Positions 41,561-53,579 of a DNA stretch of 64,000 bases are shown here, in pieces. The stretch comes from Octopus sinensis. Taxonomy: Eukaryota. A program made the position numbers and the translations under genes. Where the stretch lies: contig NC_043013.1 of NCBI RefSeq assembly GCF_006345805.1, positions 52,762,001-52,826,000 on the forward strand. Reading direction: 5' to 3'. The notes beneath the pieces are model-generated. The model did not search any database, was not told the origin of the DNA, and saw only the letters and a list, made by a program, of their open reading frames with translations. Each line of letters starts with the position of its first letter. The first letter of the stretch is position 1.

Positions 41561-41874
41561 ATATTTATCTATCTAGTTAATGTATTTACAGATCTATTTA
41601 GGATATATCTTATATATACATGTGTGTGTGTTTGTATGTGCTTGTGTGTGAGAGTGTGGGTTTGTGTGTGTGCCTGTGTGTGTACAGGCACATAAATACA
41701 TTCTTTTTACTTCTCTCTGACATTTCATAATTTTTATATATTTATAATTTTACATGATTCAACGTACACAAACAAATAATACGTACATTTACACACGCAC
41801 ACAGAAACACGCACTCATATATGTATATATAGCGCCATGATAGATCGTTAGCCACTGCACACATTTTTTCTCTG

Positions 41875-41915
41875 TCCGTTTCTGTAGAAGAGCGTAGGCT
41901 CGAAACGTAAAAGAC
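41875..41915 (+). ncRNA. Minimal HHR-like motif with CUGUAGA core, in a ~170-bp repeat (41831-42003)
   Basis: UUU-CUGUAGA-A-GAGC(GUAG)GCUC-GAAAC-GUA-AAA; helix III is the palindrome ACGU. Confidence 0.55.
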
Positions 41916-42050
41916 TTTTTTCTGTTCCTGAGCGTTATACTAATACATCTGTTTGTTTTGTAACCACCTGTCTTCGTCTTTTGTTTTTTTCGTAAGCTAT
42001 CCCTATATATATATATATATATATTCAGACACACACGCACATAAATATAT

Positions 42051-42331
42051 ATACCAGAGTTACGGAATGGAGTAGAAAAAATCCGGGCTCCATAGGTTTC
42101 ATAGCGAGGGGAGCCTCAAAAGTGGTAAAATCCAAACGAGGTGCATACCACAGACTACACTTCAGGCCAAGAATATATGATTGAGTAGCTTTTCATTTAA
42201 TCAAGATATTCTTAGTCTGAAGAGTAGCCGGCTGTATACACCTCACTTGGATTTTACCACTTCTGCAGTTCCACTCGCTATGAAACACATGTAGTCCAGG
42301 TTTCCCATACTCCACTCAGTAACACATGTAT
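42051..42331. mobile_element. Diverged ~280-bp foldback (MITE-like)
   Basis: Arms pair end to end, e.g. TTTCATAGCGAG/CTCGCTATGAAA, GTGGTAAAATCCAA/TTGGATTTTACCAC, AAGAATAT/ATATTCTT. Confidence 0.75.
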
Positions 42332-42503
42332 TCTTTTTCGTATACTCGGCAACCGTCGTCGACTTCGTTCTTCTATAAAGAAAAAAAGATTCGCAACCTT
42401 CCACCTCAATAACCTGCTATTGGTCTTGTAAATTGTTTTTCTAGACTTACTGCGGATTGCTCGAAACTAACTTTCTTCCTACACCTTGATCCTTGGATCT
42501 TGC

Positions 42504-42533
<30 letters not shown>

Positions 42534-42538
<5 letters not shown>

Positions 42539-43164
42539 AAGTCAAATTGCGATAAAATAAAATTAATTATTATCGCTGGTATTTCTAGCACAAGCCATAT
42601 ATTATTCATATATCAGTACATTAAGGCGAAATATGTGCTAGAAACACAGAAGCTAGATAAATTTAGTGAAATGAAAATAAAAACATTTACTAACTCGGTT
42701 CCTCTTAGACTGCAGTTTCGTTCTTTTCAGCAATAAAGATAATTTATTTGCTCAGGGAGAATTCATCGGTAAGAGCCCTGTTGTTCTGAGATCCTAACTC
42801 ACTAGAAGCATGTGCTCCTAATGATTTGCTCTCTTTATCTAATCAGATCACTGCGCAGACTCAGAACGTCCCGACAAAACTAGGGATTTCTGGTATATTG
42901 TCTAACGCTCAAAATTTATTGAGAAATATGTAAACAAGTCAAATTGCGATAAAATAAAATTAATTATTATCGCTGGTATTTCTAGCACAAGCCATATATT
43001 ATTCATATATCAGTTCATTAAGGCGAAATATGTGCTAGAAACACAGAAGTTAGATAAATTTAGTGAAATGAAAATAAAAACATTTACTAACTCGGTTCCT
43101 CTTAGACTGCAGTTTCGTTCTTTTCAGCAATAAAGATAATTTATTTGCTCAGGGAGAATTCATC
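42534..43164 (-). mobile_element. Retrozyme-like element: 397-nt monomer, ~1.6 copies
   Basis: 42534-42767 is repeated at 42931-43164 (period 397, 2 substitutions). It contains an HHR and is flanked by (TA)n on both sides. Confidence 0.7.
42702..42775 (-). ncRNA. Type I hammerhead ribozyme motif with CCGAUGA core (U4C)
   Basis: Minus strand CUCUUA-CCGAUGA-[A.C; UUCU/AGAA; AGCA-AUAAA/UUUAU-UGCU]-GAAAC-UGCA-GUC-UAAGAG: perfect 6-bp helix I, palindromic ACUGCAGU helix III. GUC at 42710-42708; second, 5'-truncated copy has GUC at 43107-43105. Confidence 0.7.
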
Positions 43165-43182
43165 ATATATATATATATATAT

Positions 43183-43352
43183 ATATTCTGTTATAAGCAG
43201 TGACGTCAAAATTGGTTGGATGGATAATATTCTAAAAAGCTCAAGATTCTAAAAAGCTCATATATATATATATTATATATATATATATATATGAGCTTTT
43301 TAGAATATTATCCATCCAACCAATTTTGACGTCACTGCTTATAACGGAATAT
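43183..43352. repeat. 61-bp inverted repeat around a (TA)n spacer
   Basis: 43183-43243 versus 43292-43352, one mismatch; both arms contain TGACGTCA. Confidence 0.9.
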
Positions 43353-43431
43353 TTTAAAGAAACACTCATTATCACTATGGACTCCGTGTGGGCAGTCATC
43401 TAAAAGATCTTGTTCGTCATGATGCTGACAT

Positions 43432-43536
43432 AAGTTCCTTGTCTTTCCTGATGAGAAGACGGCATAATGCACCCTTTATTCCTTCGGAATTAAGAATATG
43501 CAGTCTTCGAAACATATGTCGAGAATAAAGGAATTT
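43432..43536 (+). ncRNA. Canonical type I hammerhead ribozyme motif
   Basis: AAGUUCCUU-GUC-UUUC-CUGAUGA-GAAGAC...GUCUUC-GAAAC-AUAU-GUC-GAGA-AUA-AAGGAAUUU: intact core, 6-bp helix II extended by GCAUA/UAUGC, helix I with an internal loop, GUC at 43518-43520. Confidence 0.85.
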
Positions 43537-43575
43537 TGTTAAATCGTCGTTCGACTCCATTCTTTCATTTATATA

Positions 43576-43609
<34 letters not shown>

Positions 43610-43632
43610 TATATATATATAACTATATATAT

Positions 43633-43690
<58 letters not shown>

Positions 43691-43730
43691 ATTCATATTT
43701 TATTCTCTCTCTGTTTATTTTCCCTTATTC

Positions 43731-43766
43731 CTTTCTGTTGAAGAGCGTAGGCTCGAAATGTAAAAG
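43731..43766 (+). ncRNA. Minimal HHR-like motif with CUGUUGA core
   Basis: CUUU-CUGUUGA-A-GAGC(GUAG)GCUC-GAAAU-GUA-AAAG; ACGU has decayed to AUGU. Same family as 41875-41915. Confidence 0.5.
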
Positions 43767-44610
43767 ATTTTCTCACTTTCTCGTGCGTCAAACTTATACG
43801 CCTGCTTGTAGTCCACAGACCTGTCTTCGTCTTTTGTTTTTCTTTAATTTCAACTATGTATATATATATATATATATATATATTCACACACACACACATA
43901 CACATGCACAATCACACTCACATACACACACACACAGACACACACATATATATATAGAGAGATATTACAGGTTTATCAAATGCCATACAACACATATTCT
44001 AGATTTATTGGTAGTATCTCCACCTCTAGAGGTTGTATCATAATTGACAAATTGCAATTAAGGACAGCTTCACTTCAGAAGAGGAAACAATTTCAAGAAT
44101 TAAGCTTTCTCCCGAAATTAGATGTCATTCAGAGTAAAGGACAGTGTTATCGCCAGGAGATAAAAAGAGAGTCGTGCTCATCTGGTTTTGGCTCAATAGC
44201 ATTCAGCAGCTTCACAATTCTCCGACTTTGTTTCCAGGAGCAAAAATACGAAGATTTATGCAAAAAAGGCAGATAATATTTAAGGTCGTTGTAATTTGCA
44301 TAGTTCAAGCAAATAGGAGCTCAAAGAAATAACAGACGTGCGAGTGTCATGGATTTGAATACAAAACAAATATAATTATGTCTAATAACATTCATCATAA
44401 ATACTTAATCTATTTAAACATCTCATCCTCTGGAGGAAAAAAATCTATATATATATATATATAATATATATGAGCTTTTTAGAATATTATCCATCCAACC
44501 AATTTTGACGTCACTGCTTATAACGGAATATTTTAAAGAAACACTCATTATCACTATGGACTCCGTGTGGGCAGTCATCTAAAAGATCTTGTTCGTCATG
44601 ATGCTGACAT

Positions 44611-44714
44611 AAGTTCCTTGTCTTCCTGATGAGAAGACGGCATAATGCACCCTTTATTCCTTCGGAATTAAGAATATGCAGTCTTCGAAACATATGTCGA
44701 GAATAAAGGAATTT
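44611..44714 (+). ncRNA. Canonical HHR motif, duplicate of 43432-43536
   Basis: CUGAUGA at 44626-44632, GUC at 44696-44698; one U missing in proximal helix I. Confidence 0.8.
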
Positions 44715-44752
44715 TGTTAAATCGTCGTTCGACTCCATTCTTTCATTATATA

Positions 44753-44786
<34 letters not shown>

Positions 44787-44809
44787 TATATATATATAAC
44801 TATATATAT

Positions 44810-44867
<58 letters not shown>

Positions 44868-44907
44868 ATTCATATTTTATTCTCTCTCTGTTTATTTTCC
44901 CTTATTC

Positions 44908-44943
44908 CTTTCTGTTGAAGAGCGTAGGCTCGAAATGTAAAAG
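44908..44943 (+). ncRNA. Minimal HHR-like motif, duplicate of 43731-43766
   Basis: CUGUUGA at 44912-44918. Confidence 0.5.
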
Positions 44944-45032
44944 ATTTTCTCACTTTCTCGTGCGTCAAACTTATACGCCTGCTTGTAGTCCACAGACCTG
45001 TCTTCGTCTTTTGTTTTTCTTTAAATTTCAAC

Positions 45033-45063
<31 letters not shown>

Positions 45064-45623
45064 TCACACACACACACATACACATGCACAATCACACTCA
45101 CATACACACACACACAGACACACACATATATATATAGAGAGATATTACAGGTTTATCAAATGCCATACAACACATATTCTAGATTTATTGGTAGTATCTC
45201 CACCTCTAGAGGTTGTATCATAATTGACAAATTGCAATTAAGGACAGCTTCACTTCAGAAGAGGAAACAATTTCAAGAATTAAGCTTTCTCCCGAAATTA
45301 GATGTCATTCAGAGTAAAGGACAGTGTTATCGCCAGGAGATAAAAAGAGAGTCGTGCTCATCTGGTTTTGGCTCAATAGCATTCAGCAGCTTCACAATTC
45401 TCCGACTTTGTTTCCAGGAGCAAAAATACGAAGATTTATGCAAAAAAGGCAGATAATATTTAAGGTCGTTGTAATTTGCATAGTTCAAGCAAATAGGAGC
45501 TCAAAGAAATAACAGACGTGCGAGTGTCATGGATTTGAATACAAAACAAATATAATTATGTCTAATAACATTCATCATAAATACTTAATCTATTTAAACA
45601 TCTCATCCTCTGGAGGAAAAAAA

Positions 45624-45665
<42 letters not shown>

Positions 45666-45758
45666 AACATGCACGAACCGCACACACAAATAAACACAAA
45701 TAGTTTGCTGTTCTGTTGACATAAGATCAACCAAAATGTATTCCGTCCAGTCACAGAT

Positions 45759-46945
45759 ACACGAGTGAGTTGAAAAGTTCATAGGCTGACTGTGAAGGAG
45801 TGATGCTAGAGCTGTGAAATCTCGCATCCATTAGTTTCGATCGACTCTTCTCATTTAAAAATGCATTGTTCCTTTCCAATTAGACTAACATCTGGCTGTT
45901 CATAGAAAACTTTTAATGTAATTAGTAACGACCTCTCTTGAAAATCGACAAAATTTGGCATTTGTTGTCTAATCAAGTACCAACAGAAAAAGGATTTAGA
46001 CCCCAGGGACACTCATGCTTATATGGTTGCTAATTAGGGGAAGATACTTTATTATCAGTTGAGCAGTTGGCAGTTGAATTTATATAGGGTAGAGAGAGTC
46101 CTGGAGATGACCCTGTCTCTGGGCGTCCTGCAATCGCCACTATTGAAGATTATGTTCACTACATGGTGATAAATAACAGGTGACTGACTATAAATCAAAT
46201 AGCCAATGGTATTAACATATTGTGACGAAGAGTTTTGCTCGGTGGGTGCCACGTATTCAGACATATGGTCAATATTGCACCATGCTGATTACATCACGGA
46301 AAAGTCTGACATTGTTTCAGGCAGATCCAGCCGGCTTCTTTGCACGTTTCCTAAGCCAGTATAAGTGTTGTGTTCATCATTTTATGTCAGAAGCAAACAT
46401 ACAATTATACGCAGTGAAAATGCACCCCCTGACCTTCTCCAAACAAAGTCAAGATAATTTCGTCTACAGGGAAAGTGACAGTCGCAGTTTTGGGGGATGC
46501 GAAAGGCATTGTGTTTATTGAGTGTCTTCAAAAGAACTACACTATCAATAGAGAGTCCTATGCCAACCTGCTGAGCCTGTTATGGCGATCAAGATCAAAC
46601 GCCTAGGAAAACTGACAAAAGGGGTTTTCTTTCATTAGGACAATTCTCCATAACAGAAGTCTTTGGTTTCAATGGCAGCTGTCTTCCGATTTGGCCCCAT
46701 ATGATTATCACTATTTCCAAACATGTAAAAACACTTGGTAGGGGACCAGCATTGAACTAACGATGACATTGTATTTGTTAACCATCAGGGTTATAACGTC
46801 TTCACCAATGGAATCCTATCACTGCACCCCACATGACAGACATGTGTCAACCTCAAGGGGGACTATGTTGAAAAAAATATACCTGTTCTGGTCACGTTCC
46901 ATGTGTGTATCTTGGTCAGTCTATGAACTTTTCAGGCGACCTTCT
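45759..46945 (+). mobile_element. Near full-length fossil mariner element
   Basis: TIR cores TGAAAAGTTCATAGGCTGAC (45771-45790) and GTCAGTCTATGAACTTTTCA (46915-46934), 19/20 match. Decayed transposase includes KSFARWVPR, FQADPAGFFARFL and SDLAPYDY. Confidence 0.9.
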
Positions 46946-47255
46946 TAAATATCATTTAGTGTATTAAATAAGATCTAATACTTCTTGCCACAGACACTGA
47001 GAGCTCCAGGCATCTTCAGATTCAGGACGCAAGAGCCAACCATGTGCCCCAAGCCTGGAGACTGCTTAGAAACACAAGACACGTCATATATCTATCTAAT
47101 CTCAGAATCTCTATGGCAAGAATCTCTCAGTAGCTGTTATTGTATACACTGTGTACATTATATACATACATACTCGCATATATATCGATGAGTGTGTGTG
47201 TGTGTTTGTGTGTGTGTATGTGTATGTGTTTGTTTGTGTGAGTGTATGTGTGTGT

Positions 47256-47320
<65 letters not shown>

Positions 47321-47323
<3 letters not shown>

Positions 47324-47785
47324 TATCCAGTTTTATATCAAGTTTTCTTGCCGATAAATAGCCGGTTTCTAACCTAGATCCGAAAATCTTTCATTGGAAT
47401 TTCAACACCAACAGGGTATTTTTGCATGTATGTACACGGGAAGATTTGTATGTATTGTTTATGTATGTCTTATCATGTATAAACTTGCATGTCTAGGCAG
47501 GCTCATATTTGTTTAAATTATAATCTTTTGGTAAGTTTTACAGATTTTTTCACCCTTCAAGTGATAGCTTGCTTTAAATTAGCTTTCTCGTTTCTGGTTT
47601 TGATAAGCCTAATTTCTGAAAATTTGTATTTAGGTAGTGTATTACATATAACCGCGCTTCAATAATTACAGGTATAAACCTGAACTTGTAATCTGGATAG
47701 AGTAACTGCAGATTTCTCAATAGCTCAGTGTATTTATTTTCTTTTTCGCCGTACACAATTTATGTTCTCCAACACAAATTAATAT
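47321..47785 (-). mobile_element. RLE-type non-LTR retrotransposon 3' end, distinct family
   Basis: Minus strand YGEKENKYTELLRNLQLLYPDYKFRFIPVII..., followed by a 3' UTR abutting (TG)n. Confidence 0.65.
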
Positions 47786-48174
47786 TGCATATGTATGTGT
47801 GTGTATGTACATGTCTGTGTTGCGTGTGTGTGTGTGGATGTATGTATGTAAACGTGTATCTGTGCTGTGACGAAACATAAGTTTCACGATTTAAAGTAAA
47901 ATCTTCATACATTCATTTCAATGTTTAAATTCTGAAACTAATCAATTCGTTTTAAAGAATGACTGTCCAAATACTGACATTTGTAAATTAAATCGATTTT
48001 CTTCCATTCTTGAATCTCTTTCATGAAATATTCCAAGAACCAAAATAGATATATTTCATAATATGCTCTCAGTATGCAAAATGAATCCCATCAATGTCAC
48101 TGTTGTGTATTTGTAAATTGGAGAGTATATACATATGCGTGGGTGTACATATATATAAATATATATATATATAA

Positions 48175-48224
<50 letters not shown>

Positions 48225-48228
48225 ATAT

Positions 48229-48272
<44 letters not shown>

Positions 48273-48300
48273 CACACATATATACATACATATATATATT

Positions 48301-48352
<52 letters not shown>

Positions 48353-48870
48353 CATACATACATTCATACATACACAATATACGTACAAACGTTAGATAAT
48401 TATGTACAGCAAAAACTGCCTTCCGGCTGGTTTTCTGTTTCTCTGTTCTATAATAAAGAAAGCTGCTTGACTGCATTTTTGTTATTGTTTGTGTCTCATT
48501 TCTCTGAGATACAAACAATATTTGAGATATATGTTTCTCCGTAACCGGTCCATTTGATAATGGTTATCAATTGGCACTGAGTATTCCCAGACTGCAGAAG
48601 CTGGTTCGATGTATTGCTTTGGAGTAGATTGTTTTCTTCTTGCCTTATGCTGGCCAGTCTGTCCTATATAGCAAAAACAGGATCAGATTCTCCACGTCTT
48701 TGGGCGAATTCATATTCGAATATTTCTTTGATTCCTTTTCCCATCATCTTCTCCGACTCAGTTACTCTTCTCTGTCTTCTACTCTTGGACATTTGCTGCC
48801 AACAATACTATCTCAGTCGTATGATCTTTTGGGCGGGATGGGGTGACGACTATTCTCCATAAGAAAAATA

Positions 48871-49123
<253 letters not shown>

Positions 49124-49303
49124 TTGCATGTTTGTATGTACGTATGTATGTATGTATGTACATACACACACACACGCTCGAAGATATATTCTTTCGGTCG
49201 GTATGTATTGCCGAATCGACGCGTTATGTGGACGTAAACACACCAACTACGGTTGTAAAGCGGGAGGGTGGATTAAGATAGACAAAACGACGCCCGACTA
49301 TAG

Positions 49304-49379
<76 letters not shown>

Positions 49380-50914
49380 TTACCCTCACCTTGCCTTACT
49401 AATTAAATAATGGCATTTTAGCACCAAAGACACACTTCTCATTGTTTTTCCTCCATTTTTTATCGTCTATATATACATGAAACTACGGTTTACCATATAA
49501 ATTACCTGTTGCAGTATATCTTATACCAAGGACCATATATACTGAGGTAATTACCAGGTGTGCCTTTGGATACATCTATCCTTTAAAGGATTTAAACACC
49601 TCTAACTTGTACCTTATACACACACACATATGTGGCTAAACTAGAACATTAATACAAAACACGGGAAACGTGGAGGGCTGGTGTAGGGTTGTTTTCACTT
49701 GGTTCTCGACCGGCAAGTAACTGCTAAGCAACTCTTAAAACTAACTGGTATCAGTAAAAAATAAGGACATGTTGATTATTTGGGTCCTAGATCCACGTGT
49801 TTGGATTGCTGTAATCACCTTTTCGAGAATGGCCTTTCACATTGGTCTGCCAAGTTGTGGCTTACGTGAAAATAAACAATAGTATAATGACGAATCCATC
49901 AATAACATCCACAACAGTATTAACACAATCATACCTAACACTTCAAATGAGAAAATACAGATGCAGTATGTGAAACAATACATATATGATACAAGTTTGG
50001 CCATTGGTGTGGTTGAGGGACCTGGGGCTAAACAACAAAAATACTAACCTCACCTTTAACCTCAAAACTGAAGAAGTACCACGACCAACAACACCGGAGG
50101 AACAACTACACGATTGCTAGAGGTGCTAGAAATAGCAGTTAAGCCGCCTTTAAATCTAAAAGAGTTACTGAACAACGGATATATAATGAAATCTCTTGTA
50201 CATTTCTTGTAAATTTATGAGAGAGCAATGACTGACCTTTTTTGGCCACAGACCTTGTTGGTGAAGACTGACATTCAGCAAAACAACAACTACAACAACA
50301 ACGTCGACAACAACAGCAACAACAACCTCAACAGTTTTTCTGTGACATTTAGTATTTTGTCATAAAACTGTTACTGAAACCCAGAGAGAAAATAAAACAC
50401 ATTTTCTTCATAATAAAAGTACAAAGCCGACATTCTTTTTAACGATCACATATGCGGCGACAACGTTTTCTCTGTAACAACATATATAAGAACACACTTT
50501 AATTTAATGACCTCAATTTCAACAAGGTACCGAGTATATTCAAGTATTTGGCGTTAGTAATCTTGCAATTGGCAGATGTTTTTGCATAGAATTATACTGT
50601 CTTCTCAAGTGATAGCCGTGTATAGAATTTTTTCTAAAAATTCAGCTGTTGAATACAAGAGTTTGAACGGAAGATGTAAAGATTTCTTATCACTACCTTA
50701 TGTGTAACGTGATCTATGTTATGTGTGTGTAAGTTTCTTTAAGCAATTTACCAAATACAAATGCACTTTATGATTGTTTATAGCCGTCCACGTATACTCA
50801 CAGAGATACATAAACACACGCATACATTTTTATTCATATATTCTTTCATTTATCATTTTTACAATCTGTAGATTTGTGAAAGCATACATAAATATAAGTG
50901 TATGATTGTATATG

Positions 50915-50989
<75 letters not shown>

Positions 50990-51493
50990 ATATATAGATA
51001 GATAGATAGATATATATACATGTGTGGGTGGGTGTGTTTGTGTGTGTGCACGTATGTGTGTGTGTGCAAGTGTATGTGTATTGTTGGAGAATTGGAAGAG
51101 ATGCTACAGTATCAAATAAAATGCGTTTGCGATATTCATTGCAGTTAATTTCTCCTTGACTGCAAATCGCACAGAGATAAGCTTTCATCTTTCCAATCAA
51201 TTCTTCCTCCTCCTCCTCCTCACGCCCTGCCTCTCCCACTTTCAAGAAGAAATCGGTTGTGACTGCTTTACATGGTTCTGAAGCATCAGGCTTAAAAATA
51301 CCCAGGACATACACGCGCGCACACACACGCATATAATGTATATATACATATACATCTACACACATACACACATTTATATATAATTATAAATACATACATA
51401 TATACATGCATACACACAGATACATACATACATATGTTAGATCGCTAATCACTAAACCTTTTTAATTTTCACTGCCTTTTTATTTCTGTGTTC

Positions 51494-51527
51494 CCTTCTG
51501 TCGAAGAGCGTAGGCTCGAAACGTGAA
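51494..51527 (+). ncRNA. Decayed minimal HHR-like motif with CUGUCGA core, in a ~170-bp repeat (51436-51610)
   Basis: CUGUCGA-A-GAGC(GUAG)GCUC-GAAAC-GUG; the triplet GUG violates NUH, so probably inactive. Confidence 0.45.
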
Positions 51528-53279
51528 AAACCTTTTTCCCTTCCCGAGTGTTAAACTAATACATCTATTTGTTGTTTACACACACGTCTTCTTCTTGTCT
51601 TTGTAAATTCATACATACATACATATACATACATACATACATACATACATACATACATACATACTAATAGAGAGTCGTTGCATTTCGATTTGCAGCTGTT
51701 AATAATGGGAAAGTAGATGAATAAAATATGTGTATTGGGTTCTGAATTGAAAAAGCGGAACAATAAAGCTCATACTTAACGCGTTACAGGCCATGGAGAG
51801 GATTGTTTGTGATGAATGATTTCTAAAATGTATAGGTCTAAAGTTTCTGCAACTAGAAATCGGAATATTTCCTAAATAACAGATCAGTAATAGGGCTTCA
51901 GCAATAAAGCTCTCATAGCTCTTCACGACGGAAGATTTACACAGATTGTTATTAATCTCATGTACTTTAACTCTGGTAAATAAAGTCATTTTAAAATGAT
52001 ACCGTATTTAATTCTTCTTTAAGGACCAAATGTGTAATGTTAAAAATGTTTGTCTGCGTTCGTCCTAGTTTCTAAAGGAATACACATGAGGATAAAACCT
52101 TCATCAGACCGGTAAAAGATTTTCCTGACATAAGCTTTTGAATTATTTATGATAACAATATCTTGGTTCTAAATATCTTTAGTCAAACTGAAGTAGCTGA
52201 TGGGACCGAACTGTTGTACAGTCGGTGCGTTATTTGTAATAGTTATTGTTATGGGTTACTAAGTTTAGTAGTGAAAAAATATACTAATTTGTGATCAAAG
52301 TTCGGGGTAATTGCATATCCGATACTATTTTCATTAAATATCACATATGTATGATTTGAACAGACATTATTCTTAAAGAGTTTAATGAAAATTTGAGCCG
52401 ATGGTTAATCTATGGATACTAAACGGAGAGGATAAACATATTACGCCACTTTTCATGTTGGTATCTTATGATAACGAGACATAAATGTTCATGGGCAATA
52501 TTTCAATTTTAAAGACCATTATGTAATACGGGGTTGCGTTTGGAAACGTGCACATTGGCCATAAGATAGAGCAACCTTATAAAAAATGTTTGCTATATGG
52601 TGATTTAAAATATATCTAGGGTGTTTGGACTACCTATGAATATAATTCAGAAGATCCTTTGGCCTGAGACACAATTTTCAAAATGGATTGTAGGGTACTA
52701 ACTTTCTCATTTGAGGATGAGTATCATCTGTGGAAAGAAAATTCTTCAAGAAGTTGAGGAGACTTTATCATGTATCCAACGATCACACATGGGCTGACAC
52801 CCTTTAGCCTTTACAGCCCGTCATATCTATACTGACCATTCGTATTTCCTAAAAACCAGGGTTTCATTTTATATAAAAACCAACGTAGCCGCTGATTTTT
52901 GCGGTGTCAGAGGCATTCGACCTAACATACAAATTATCGCTTCTTATTGAACCCTTAGCTATCGTTATATTTCACTGGTATTTTAGTGAAAGAAGTTATA
53001 TTGTTTCAGTTTCATTGGCGATGGTGGATTAAGCAAATTTGATTTCGCTTGTCTACAAACAATAATGGAGATGTAACAGTAATATATAATGGGGTGAATA
53101 ATATGGAGATTGTTTCTATCTTTAATGAACATTACCGTAAACCTTTTTAATTACTTGCGTTGCTTAGTTAATTGCAAGCAAATGTGATCCGTTCCACAGC
53201 AGTTTCGGTAAAAGTTTGTGTAAATGTCGGCTTGCGGTTGAAATCTGTTTTATGATCCTTGAACGGATATATATGTATA

Positions 53280-53376
<97 letters not shown>

Positions 53377-53579
53377 GCTTGTGTGTGTGGGTGTGTATGC
53401 TTTCAGTTTACAAGGAAAGATCCAGAGGAACAGTTACAAAGTAGCCAAATGCCACTTAAGCGTCTAAGGAATTAGTAATTACACATGCGTGGGTGGCAAT
53501 TCCGAGACGTGAGACGTATTTTACAGAACATAAGTATAATGGAAAATGGAAAAAAACGCTCAAGATGTTATCAAAATCA

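Larger units (their letters stand above)
43291..45640. repeat. Tandem duplication, ~1178-bp unit x2, breakpoints in (TA)n
   Basis: 43291-44469 is repeated at 44470-45640, with differences mostly single-base indels. The ORF track is duplicated accordingly (43980/45034, 44144/45324). Confidence 0.9.

Noticed and set aside
42534-43164. TRIM/LTR retrotransposon reading of the 234-bp direct repeats
   Set aside because: No matching TG...CA ends on both repeats, no PBS or PPT. The period-397 HHR monomer explains it better.
48520-48860. Minus-strand frame with few stops (KMMGKGIKEIFEYEFAQRRGESDPVFAI...)
   Set aside because: Three stops in about 110 codons and no recognisable family.
52060-52112. 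Minus-strand CUGAUGA-AGG...CCU
   Set aside because: GAAA does not follow helix II, and there is no NUH triplet or helix I.
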